A DNA stretch of 38,741 bases from Acidobacteriota bacterium (GCA_021827785.1 JAKAUF010000360.1:1-38741), one strand, 5' to 3'; shown: positions 8,694 through 16,532, counted from the first letter of the stretch. The notes: a model not told the origin generated them from the sequence alone. Made by a program: numbers and translations.

Positions 8694-10010
8694 ATGCCCA
8701 CACTAGCCCAGAATGGCGGCGCCCGCGCCGTGCCCGCGAATGCGGCCAAGACCTATTGGCCGGTGGTCACGCCGGAGGACAAGCGCGCCGTGGCCGCGGT
8801 GCTGGACCGCAACGTGTTGTGGGCGATGACGACGCTGGAAGGGCTGCGGTGCCCGGAGCAGGATGCGCTGGAGCGCGAATTCGCGGCCTTCCTGGGAGCG
8901 CGGCACGCGATCGCGGTGAACGGCGGCACGGCCGGCCTGCACATGGCATTGGTGGCCAGCGGGGTGCAGGCGGGCGACGAGGTGATCACCAGCGCGTATT
9001 CCTTCCTGGCGACGCCGGCGGCGATCTTGCACGCGGGCGCGATTCCGGTCTTCGTGGATATTGACCCGCGGACCTTTAATTTGGATCCGGGCAAGATCGA
9101 GGCCAAGATCACGCCCCGCACGCGGGCCATCCTGGCGGTGGACATTCACGGACTGTGCGCGGATTACGATGCCATCGAAGCCATCGCCAAACGGCATGGC
9201 CTGCTGGTGGTGGAGGACGCCTGCCAAGCGCCAGGAGCGACGTATCATGGCCGCGGAGCAGGGCGGCTGGGCCGGGCGGCGGGCTTCAGCGTCAACGGGA
9301 CCAAAAACTTCTCCGTGGGCGAAGGCGGCTTCATGGTCACCGACGACGACGAGGTGTACTACCGGGGCAACTGGCTGAAGCAGGTAGGCGAAACGTTGCC
9401 GGCGGACAACCCCACGATGCGCCATCAGCACCTGCTGGCGTGGAACTACCGGGTGCAGGAGATGCCCTGCGCGCTGGCGCGGGTGCAACTGCGCCGCCTG
9501 GCGGAGGTGAATGAACGGGGACGGCGCAATGCGGCGATCCTGGATGGATATCTCCAAGACATCCCCGGCCTGCGGGCGCCGTACATACCCGCGGGTTGCG
9601 TTTCCGTGTATCACAAATACCGGGTGACGCTGGAGCCGGAAGCGTTGGACGCGCCGCCGCGAGGACACGCGCTGCGCGACGCGTTCATGGCGGCCTTGAC
9701 CGCGGAAGGCGTGGACGTGGACCTGTGGGGCACGGCGCCGCTGCCGGCGCATCCGATGATCAGCGCCCGCCACGGCTTTGGCCGGGGCCTGCCCTGGAGC
9801 TTGCATCCCGAGGTGGACTATAGCGACAGCGCCGACCAATACCCGATCACGCAGCGCATGTTCGCCGAGTCCTTTTGCCTCGGCAACGATGAGTATCCGA
9901 TCTACGCCCAGAGTGAGAGCCTGATGCACGCCTATGGCGAAGCATTGCGCAAGGTCGCCCGGCATGCGGGCGAGTTGCACGCCGCGGCGGCCTGGCAAAC
10001 CGCGACCTAG
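8694..10010 (+). CDS. DegT/DnrJ/EryC1/StrS-family PLP-dependent aminotransferase
   Basis: ATG preceded by GGAGAG. NGGTAGLHMAL, ITSAYSFLATPAAILHAGAIPVFVDID, VVEDACQAPGATY, and the PLP-lysine context FSVNGTKNFSVGEGGFMVTDD. Confidence 0.85.
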   Translation: MPTLAQNGGARAVPANAAKTYWPVVTPEDKRAVAAVLDRNVLWAMTTLEGLRCPEQDALEREFAAFLGARHAIAVNGGTAGLHMALVASGVQAGDEVITSAYSFLATPAAILHAGAIPVFVDIDPRTFNLDPGKIEAKITPRTRAILAVDIHGLCADYDAIEAIAKRHGLLVVEDACQAPGATYHGRGAGRLGRAAGFSVNGTKNFSVGEGGFMVTDDDEVYYRGNWLKQVGETLPADNPTMRHQHLLAWNYRVQEMPCALARVQLRRLAEVNERGRRNAAILDGYLQDIPGLRAPYIPAGCVSVYHKYRVTLEPEALDAPPRGHALRDAFMAALTAEGVDVDLWGTAPLPAHPMISARHGFGRGLPWSLHPEVDYSDSADQYPITQRMFAESFCLGNDEYPIYAQSESLMHAYGEALRKVARHAGELHAAAAWQTAT

Positions 10011-10107
10011 GCCGGCAGCATACGGTGCGGCCGCGGCGGGACCGGGCCGGCGCCGGGAATTGCAACGCCACGGGCCACGGCTTCATCTCCTTATTAGGAG
10101 TATCGCC

Positions 10108-11151
10108 ATGGCCAGTCCCGCCCGCGTGCCCTTGAACCCGCAGCGGCGTGGACCGCAGGCCGAACGGCTATACGCCGCGCTGCAAAAGCGCATCGTGGGC
10201 CAAGACGCCGCCCTGGGTCCGGTGGTGGACGCGGTACAGACGTTTTTGGCGGGAATGCAGGCGCAAACCCGGCCGGTGGCCAATTTTTTATTTTTGGGGC
10301 CGACGGGAACGGGCAAAACGCATGTGGTGGAGTCGCTCGCCGCCGCGCTGTTTCAACACCCACGGGCGGCGATCAAAGTGGACTGCGGAGAATTCCAGCA
10401 CAGCCATGAGATCGCCAAGCTGATTGGCTCCCCGCCGGGATACCTGGGACACCGCGAGACGCATCCGGTGTTGACGCAAGAAGCGCTGAACCAGCACCAC
10501 ACGGCGGAAATGCCGCTTTCGCTGGTGTTGTTCGATGAAATCGAAAAGGCCTCCGATGCGCTGTGGCAGTTGCTGCTGGGAATTCTGGACCAGGCGACGC
10601 TGACGCTGGGCGACAATCGCCGCACCTCGTTCGCCCAAGCCTTGATCTTCATGACCAGCAATTTGGGCGCGGCGGAGATGAGCCAATTGCTGACACCGGG
10701 ATTGGGCTTTGCTCCTCCGGGACGGGGCGACCTGGAACGGCGGCTGGCGACGGTGGCGACGGCGGCGGCGCGGCGCAAATTTTCTCCTGAGTTCTTCAAC
10801 CGCCTCGATTCGGTGGTGGTGTTCCATCCCTTGGATCACGGCCAGCTGGAACGCGTGCTGGATTTGGAACTGGAGTGGGTACGGGAACGGCTGGGCCACG
10901 CGGGCGCGCCGGCCGCGTTCCACTTTCGCTGCACGACGGCGGCCCGGGAGCTGCTATTGCGCGACGGCGCCGACCGCAAATACGGGGCGCGGCATTTGAA
11001 ACGGGCGATCGAGCGGCTGCTGGTGCATCCGCTGGCGAATTTGATCGCCACGCGGCAGGTTTTGCCGCAGGACGTGCTGGTCGTGGATGTGGATGAGACG
11101 GGTACGGCCCTGGCCTTTGCGCGGGAGCAGGCCGCGCGGCATCGCGGGTAA
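10108..11151 (+). CDS. Stand-alone AAA+ ATPase resembling the D2 module of ClpA/ClpC/ClpB (347 aa)
   Basis: ATG preceded by AGGAG. IVGQDAAL, Walker A LGPTGTGKT, Walker B LVLFDEIEKA, sensor-1 IFMTSNLG, SPEFFNRLD, sensor-2 YGARHLKRAIERLL. No N-domain, D1 or middle domain. Confidence 0.85.
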   Translation: MASPARVPLNPQRRGPQAERLYAALQKRIVGQDAALGPVVDAVQTFLAGMQAQTRPVANFLFLGPTGTGKTHVVESLAAALFQHPRAAIKVDCGEFQHSHEIAKLIGSPPGYLGHRETHPVLTQEALNQHHTAEMPLSLVLFDEIEKASDALWQLLLGILDQATLTLGDNRRTSFAQALIFMTSNLGAAEMSQLLTPGLGFAPPGRGDLERRLATVATAAARRKFSPEFFNRLDSVVVFHPLDHGQLERVLDLELEWVRERLGHAGAPAAFHFRCTTAARELLLRDGADRKYGARHLKRAIERLLVHPLANLIATRQVLPQDVLVVDVDETGTALAFAREQAARHRG

Positions 11152-11163
11152 GGGCTCCGCGGC

Positions 11164-13089
11164 TTACTGGATTGGGATGTAGGTGACCGCGCTGGCGGCG
11201 TTCACTTGGTTGCTGTCGGCGGGGCTGGACGGGGCCGGCGCCGCTTCCATCGCCGCGAGATCCATGCGCGCCAAATACTTGCCATCGCTGCGCAGGGCCA
11301 ACCCGTAGATGGTGCTGTTGAGGCCGATCATGACCGTTTCCGCTTGCGGGGCGGTGGCATTGGTCCAATCCACGCCATCCGGTCCGGCGCCGAGTTGCGC
11401 CCAGCGAATGGCGGCCGGCGCCGCCGGGGCGCCGGCGAAGGGGGCGCTGGGCAGGGTCGCCACCGCCAAACAGCCGCCGGAGTTGCCCAACCAGGCCAAA
11501 TGGCTGCTGGGCTCCAACTGCGCGGCCCGCCATCCTCCGCTACAGGCGCTGGTGACGCTGAACTGGGCCGCGGGGGCGGTGATGGCGCCGCCGGAGGCGG
11601 TGGCGGCGTTAAAGTTAATGGCCGTGTATTCGCTGCTGGCGGCATCGGCCAGGAGACCGAGCGAAGTGCTGGGATCAAAGGAGGCAGCGGTTAATTCCGA
11701 CCCCAAAGTGAACCCAGCGGTGCTGGGCAGGGAATACGACTGGACGGCTCCGGTGGCGAGATTGATGACATTGAGGCCGGAGCCGCTGGAGGTGAAGTAC
11801 GGAGCGAAGATGCGCTGGGTGGCGGGATCGTAGGCGATGTTTTCCGCCGCGGGAGCGGCGATGAGGCTGGAGGCGGCGCCGGTGGCGAGATTCAGGGTCA
11901 GATAGCCGGACGCGGTGTCGAGAATCGCCTCATTGCGGCTGGCGTCCACCACGGCGGCGCAGACGCCGCAGGTGAAGCCGTCACTGAAGGTCGTGGTGGC
12001 GCTGTTCGGGATGGCGTAGGTATTGGTGACGGTGTCGTTGGTCGCGTCCACCACCACCAAGCTGTTGGTGGTGGCGCTGGTGACCGCGACGGTGTTGGTC
12101 TGCGGGTCAGCCGCCGCCGCGGTGGGAGCGAAGCCGCTGGGCATGGCGATGTCCAACGCCGCGCCGCCGCTGGTCAGTTGCTGTCCGGTGTCGCCGTTGA
12201 CCACCGCGACATGGTTGGCGCCGGCCAGGGGCACATAAACCTTATTGGCGAGAATGGGCGCGCCGCTGGAGCTGGCGCCGACGGATTCGATCAGATCCGC
12301 CAACGCGGAGGAGGCCGCGGGGCTGTCCGGTTCCACCACGACGTTCACCGGATTGGCGGGCGTGCTGTTCGGGCTGGTGATTCCGATCTGAGTCAAACCG
12401 GCGGCGTTCACCGTGACCGGGACGGTTAACGACTGGAAGGGCGCGGTAGCGCCGCTGGGGGCGACGACCGCGCCGGCGGCGCCGCTGCTGATGGTGGCGA
12501 CGGAGTTGGAGTATAAGAACTGGCCGTGCAACGTAAGGGTATAGCTGTTGCCCTGGACCATGGCCGGAACCGATTGCGGATTGCTGCCGCTGGTCTGCAC
12601 CGTGACCGAGGTCAGCACCGGCGCCGGGGTGGTCAGTTGCACCTGGGCCTGGGCGTGCGCCGAACTCAAAGCCTGGGCGCTGACGGTGACGACAAAGATG
12701 TCGTGGGCCGGTGGGAGGGCGGGCGCGGTGTAAAGACCGGTGGAATCAATGGTGCCGTAGGGGGCAGAGCCGTCGGGCTCCTTGCCGCCAGGCAGGTCGT
12801 TGCCGCTCACCGGGTCCACGATGGACCAACTGACCGTGTGATCAGTGCTGTAGTAGACCGCGGCCTTAAATTGCTGCGTTCCCGGCGAAATCTTGCCGCT
12901 GCTGTCCTCGGTGGCCAAGGGAATGACGACGGGGCCGAACCCGAGCGTTCCCGCCGACGGGTTGATGGTCACCGAAGGTTGGGGCGGCGGAATATAGTAA
13001 TTCTGGCATCCGGCCAGCAGCGCCGCGAACGCCAAGGTGGACAGGCAAAGGAGAAGTGGGCGCGGACGCGGAAAGGGCAAAAGCACCAT
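11164..13089 (-). CDS. Secreted lipoprotein with Ig-like domains and YVTN-type beta-propeller repeats
   Basis: Signal peptide with lipobox LSTLAFAALLAGC. Ig-like segment (YGTIDSTGLYTAP). Repeated strand patterns such as VYVPLAGANHVAVVNGDTGQ, NSLVVVDATNDTVTNTYAIP and GLNVINLATGAVQSYSLP. Product name is generic. Confidence 0.65.
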   Translation of the reverse strand: MVLLPFPRPRPLLLCLSTLAFAALLAGCQNYYIPPPQPSVTINPSAGTLGFGPVVIPLATEDSSGKISPGTQQFKAAVYYSTDHTVSWSIVDPVSGNDLPGGKEPDGSAPYGTIDSTGLYTAPALPPAHDIFVVTVSAQALSSAHAQAQVQLTTPAPVLTSVTVQTSGSNPQSVPAMVQGNSYTLTLHGQFLYSNSVATISSGAAGAVVAPSGATAPFQSLTVPVTVNAAGLTQIGITSPNSTPANPVNVVVEPDSPAASSALADLIESVGASSSGAPILANKVYVPLAGANHVAVVNGDTGQQLTSGGAALDIAMPSGFAPTAAAADPQTNTVAVTSATTNSLVVVDATNDTVTNTYAIPNSATTTFSDGFTCGVCAAVVDASRNEAILDTASGYLTLNLATGAASSLIAAPAAENIAYDPATQRIFAPYFTSSGSGLNVINLATGAVQSYSLPSTAGFTLGSELTAASFDPSTSLGLLADAASSEYTAINFNAATASGGAITAPAAQFSVTSACSGGWRAAQLEPSSHLAWLGNSGGCLAVATLPSAPFAGAPAAPAAIRWAQLGAGPDGVDWTNATAPQAETVMIGLNSTIYGLALRSDGKYLARMDLAAMEAAPAPSSPADSNQVNAASAVTYIPIQ

Positions 13090-13327
13090 CCAGGCTGGAT
13101 TTTGCGGCGCCGCCCCTGATTCCCGGGCGGCCCAGTGGGTAAAAGGGATTATACAAGAGGGCTGGCCTACAGGGCAGAGGGCAAATGCCGAAGTTGTGGG
13201 CTAAAAGGCGCAATCGCGGAATCTCAGGCGAACCCGCCTTCCCAAGGGGGCGAACGGGGCGGCTGGCTCGTCGGGCTGCCGCTGCCCGGCGCAACGGGCC
13301 GCGGTGACAAGCCTGGTGCGCCGGGCG

Positions 13328-13861
13328 CTAGGCGGCGCGGCGGCGGCGCGGCGCTTCGCTGCTCGCGTCCTCGGCCATGCCCTCGGTCCAGTGCAGCTTG
13401 CTCGCCTTCAGCAGTTCCAGCACGAGCTTGGCGGTTTCCTGCTCTTCCCGCAGCGTTTCCCGCAGCAGGCGGGCCGCATCGCGATGGCCCATTTGCTGCG
13501 CCAGGAAGCTGAGGGTCTCGTAGGCGGAGGTTTCGTAGCGCTCGATTTGCAGGGCCGCGAGCAGCGTGTTGAAATCCCGCAATTCGGGACTGAGACCCTC
13601 GGCTTCGGCGCTGTGCTTCTCCGCCATCAACCCCTCCAAACCGGGGCAAGCCGTTTCCCGGGACTCGGCGCCGATGGCATGAAAGACCGCTTCCAAACGC
13701 TGGAGATGGCCTTCGGTCTGCTTGCGATGGCGCGCGAAGGCGTGCTTGGCGTCGCCGCGCTGGGTGTCGCGCTCGGCGTCGGAGAGGACGGCGAGCAGTT
13801 GTTTTTCGGTGCTTTGGAGACGCTGAAGTTGATGGATCCAGAACTCATGCGCGGTTTGCAT
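13328..13861 (-). CDS. DUF892 (YciE/YciF-like) ferritin-like stress protein
   Basis: Internal ATG at 13861 (MQTAHEFWIHQLQRLQSTEKQL...). The pattern EKQL / H..QTEGHLQRLE / CPGLEGL / LQIERYETSAYETL / LLRETLREEQETA matches the remembered E. coli YciF. The track ORF's 50-codon N-terminal extension would overlap the upstream gene. Confidence 0.85.
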   Translation of the reverse strand: MQTAHEFWIHQLQRLQSTEKQLLAVLSDAERDTQRGDAKHAFARHRKQTEGHLQRLEAVFHAIGAESRETACPGLEGLMAEKHSAEAEGLSPELRDFNTLLAALQIERYETSAYETLSFLAQQMGHRDAARLLRETLREEQETAKLVLELLKASKLHWTEGMAEDASSEAPRRRRAA

Positions 13862-13926
13862 CCTCGCCCTCCAGGCATGGCGCCTGGCGAGGTTGGATGC
13901 GCCGGCCCGGGGCCGCGGCCACGCGC

Positions 13927-15243
13927 TTAGCGGCCGGAGGCCAGGGTTGGCGGCCGAAGGTGCAGCACGGCGTCGGCGGGCAGCGGCAGCGCATACAGGG
14001 CGCCCAGCCAACGGCGGCAGCGGGCGGCGAAAGCGGCCCGGGCGGAGGCCGGAACCGGCGCCGCCGGGGGCAGCTTGCGCCGCAGTTGCTGGAAGTTTTC
14101 GAAGCGCCCGAAATGGGTGATGCGGAAATCCAAGTGCGGCCCGGTGGCCAGGCCGGTCATGCCGACCCGGCCGATGGTTTGGCCCTGGCGGACGCGCTGG
14201 CCCACGTGCACCAGAATTTTCGAAAGGTGCAGATAGAGCGTCTGATAGCCATTGGCATGACGCAGCCTAATCATATTGCCGCCTTCACCGTCCCAACCGG
14301 CAAAGATGACGCGGCCATTGCCGAGGGCTTGCACCGGGGTGCCCATCGGGGCGCCGTAATCCACGCCCAAATGCGGACGCCAGATCTTCAAAATGGGATG
14401 GAAGCGGTCGTAGCTAAACGGGCTGGTGACCCGCAGGCGGACAAACTTCAGCGGCGAGCGCAAGAACTCCCGCCGCAGCGGCCGGCCGTCGGGACGGTAA
14501 TAGGCGGGCAGGCCGGCGGCATCGGTAAAGCGCACGGCGCGATAGGCATGGCCGGCGTTCACGTACTCCGCCGCGAGGATGGGGCCATAGCCGCCAAAGT
14601 GGCCGTGGCGGAGGCGTTTTTCCACTAAAACGCGGAAAGTGTCTCCGGGACGGGTATCGGTGTAGAAATCAAGGTCCCAGCCGAAGATCTGCGCTAACTG
14701 GAGGGCCAGAACGTCGCGCTCGCCGGCGGTTTCCACGGCGGCGAACAACGAATGGCGCACCGTGCTGCTGACGCCGACCAATTCGGTTTGGAAATGCAGG
14801 CGGTGCAACTGGGCATCCCAATCGCCGGCGGGGGTGCCCGCGGCGCGGGTCAGCACCAGGGCGTGCCGGCGGTCCACGCGATAGCGCAGCCGGCGCGGCG
14901 CGCCGCTGGGGGCGGTCCAGAGAGTCAAGCGGCGCCCGGCGCGGATGTGACCCACATCAAATACCGGACGGGCGGCGGCGGCCATGGCGCGGGCTTCGGC
15001 GTTGGGCAGGCTCCAGGTGGCGTGCAGGAACGCTACGAAGGTGGCGCCGGGAGGCAGCGAGGCCTGATGCCGTTTCTCGGCCGGGGGCTGGGGGTGGGGA
15101 GCGTGGGTTGAAGAGCGGGAAGGCGTCGCCGCCGCGGTATGGCAGGCGGCGCCGGCCAAGGCTAAGGCCAAGGCCAGGGCCAGGGAAATCGAGTCGGCAC
15201 GAGCGGCTGGCCGCAGGCGGGGCGTGAGTCGCATCCAGCGCAC
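13927..15243 (-). CDS. M23-family (LytM-type) metallopeptidase, secreted
   Basis: N-terminal signal or lipoprotein-like LALALALALAGAAC. Catalytic region HLGVDYGAPMGTPVQALGNGRVIFAG...GYQTLYLHLS...GRVGMTGLATGPHLDF. Start is GTG 15243 or ATG 15234. Confidence 0.85.
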   Translation of the reverse strand: MRWMRLTPRLRPAARADSISLALALALALAGAACHTAAATPSRSSTHAPHPQPPAEKRHQASLPPGATFVAFLHATWSLPNAEARAMAAAARPVFDVGHIRAGRRLTLWTAPSGAPRRLRYRVDRRHALVLTRAAGTPAGDWDAQLHRLHFQTELVGVSSTVRHSLFAAVETAGERDVLALQLAQIFGWDLDFYTDTRPGDTFRVLVEKRLRHGHFGGYGPILAAEYVNAGHAYRAVRFTDAAGLPAYYRPDGRPLRREFLRSPLKFVRLRVTSPFSYDRFHPILKIWRPHLGVDYGAPMGTPVQALGNGRVIFAGWDGEGGNMIRLRHANGYQTLYLHLSKILVHVGQRVRQGQTIGRVGMTGLATGPHLDFRITHFGRFENFQQLRRKLPPAAPVPASARAAFAARCRRWLGALYALPLPADAVLHLRPPTLASGR

Positions 15244-15259
15244 GGAGGCATTGTAGCCG

Positions 15260-15289
15260 CGTCGCGCCTATGGGAGCGACGGCTTTTTT
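15260..15289 (+). terminator. Terminator-like hairpin followed by T6
   Basis: CGTCGC-G-CC-TATG-GG-A-GCGACG followed by GC TTTTTT (T-run 15284-15289). No plus-strand gene lies upstream, so its role is unclear. Confidence 0.25.
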
Positions 15290-15403
15290 ACCGCATTGCT
15301 TGGCGGTACTGCCTTTCAGCCGAGCGGGGCAGTGGTGGATGGGACGGGCGGGCGCCGTTGCTTGCGGGGGGCGGCATCGCCGCCGGGCGAACGGGCGACG
15401 GGC

Positions 15404-15535
15404 TCAGGAGCGCTTCTGTGCGGCGCGCAGCGTACGGCCCATGCCCGCAATGACCAGCTTGGTGGCCAAAAAGCCAAGGGAGGTGGTAAAGCCCGCCGCC
15501 AGCACTCCCGCCGTAACTTGCAAAACGCCTGACAT
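15404..15535 (-). CDS. Candidate small membrane protein (43 aa), below the ORF-track size cutoff
   Basis: Hand translation: MSGVLQVTAGVLAAGFTTSLGFLATKLVIAGMGRTLRAAQKRS*. One hydrophobic helix plus a basic tail. GAAGG lies 4-5 nt upstream of the ATG, and an in-frame stop lies 9 codons upstream. There is no homology evidence. Confidence 0.3.
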   Translation of the reverse strand: MSGVLQVTAGVLAAGFTTSLGFLATKLVIAGMGRTLRAAQKRS

Positions 15536-15739
15536 GATGCCTTCGCCGTATTCGGACGCAATTCATTCTGCAAGTCGGTTGCCACCTTGGTGCGATAGCC
15601 GACAGGCCGGAGATTTTCCGCGCCGGCTTGGCGTCCGGGCGCATGGAGCCCGAAATGGGCGGCATTGGGGCAAGGCGGGTAGTGGCGCCAAGCGGGTTCT
15701 TTTTACCCGTTTCCCGGCAAGGATTACCAAATTGCTTGG

Positions 15740-15770
15740 CGCGCGTCCCGCTTGCGCGCCGGCTGGGCCG
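15740..15770 (+). repeat. 31-nt exact repeat, copy A (CGCGCGTCCCGCTTGCGCGCCGGCTGGGCCG)
   Basis: Identical to 24001-24031. Intergenic, 86 nt upstream of the phosphatidyltransferase start. In copy A, with the flanking GG, it forms the inverted repeat GGCGCGC-N9-GCGCGCC. Confidence 0.9.
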
Positions 15771-15855
15771 GGCAAAAGGGCGCGGCCCCCGCGAGCGGCT
15801 GCGGAATTCGGGGCGATTCCAGTGGTGCGGGCCGCTGGCGGATTAAAATGGTGCC

Positions 15856-16482
15856 GTGGATGCGCCGGCGACATGGGGCCCGCCGTCTGCTCCGGCGCGC
15901 TGGAGCGACTGGCTGACGCCCGCCAACCTGGTGACCGAGTTGCGCCTGCTGAGCGTGCCGGTCATCATTGCCGCCGTATTGGACAGGGCGTTCGGTTGGG
16001 CGCTGGTATTAGCCGTTGCCGCGGGGGTTAGCGATGGGCTGGATGGCTGGCTGGCGCGGCATCGCCACGCGGCGGCGGTGTCCAAGCTGGGCGAGTATCT
16101 GGATCCGATCGCCGACAAGGTGCTGCTGAGCTCGCTGTTCGTGGCCCTGGCGCTGACCGGGGCGCTGCCTTGGGTATTGACCCTGTTGGTGTTTACCCGG
16201 GATTTAACCATCGTGGGCGTGGCATTGACGGTCTATCTGCGCACCGGATTTCGCGATTTCCGTCCCACCTTCCTGGGTAAGGCCAATACGGTGGCGCAGA
16301 TCGCCACCGTGGCGTTGGCATTGCTGAACCACTTCCATTCGGCGGCGTGGAGCTTGCGGCTGGAATGGCTGGGCTGGGGCACGGTGTTTGTCTTGGCCTA
16401 TGGGTCCGGGATTCACTACGCCTTCGTCGGCGCGCGCCGCTACCACGAGTGGCGGGGACAACCCCGCCGGCTCGCCGCTTAG
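15856..16482 (+). CDS. CDP-alcohol phosphatidyltransferase family protein (PgsA-like)
   Basis: Signature DG(x)2AR(x)8G(x)3D(x)3D: SDGLDGWLARHRHAAAVSKLGEYLDPIADKVL. N-terminal PANLVTELRLLSVPVI. Multiple TM segments. Confidence 0.85.
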   Translation: MDAPATWGPPSAPARWSDWLTPANLVTELRLLSVPVIIAAVLDRAFGWALVLAVAAGVSDGLDGWLARHRHAAAVSKLGEYLDPIADKVLLSSLFVALALTGALPWVLTLLVFTRDLTIVGVALTVYLRTGFRDFRPTFLGKANTVAQIATVALALLNHFHSAAWSLRLEWLGWGTVFVLAYGSGIHYAFVGARRYHEWRGQPRRLAA

Positions 16483-16502
16483 GCAGAGGCGCGGGGTGCC
16501 GG

Positions 16503-16532
16503 CCGCGGGGGAACCAGCCGCGGGGGAACCAG
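16503..16532 (+). repeat. Perfect tandem duplication of a 15-nt unit (CCGCGGGGGAACCAG x2)
   Basis: Read directly, about 20 nt downstream of the phosphatidyltransferase stop codon. Confidence 0.85.

Noticed and set aside
15270-16031. 253-aa ORF spanning the 600-nt gap and running into the phosphatidyltransferase gene. The overlapping ORFs 15288..15665 (-) and 15563..15874 (-) are similar cases.
   Set aside because: No motifs, Arg/Ala/Pro-rich composition, and a different frame from the well-supported CDP-alcohol phosphatidyltransferase CDS. Treated as spurious.
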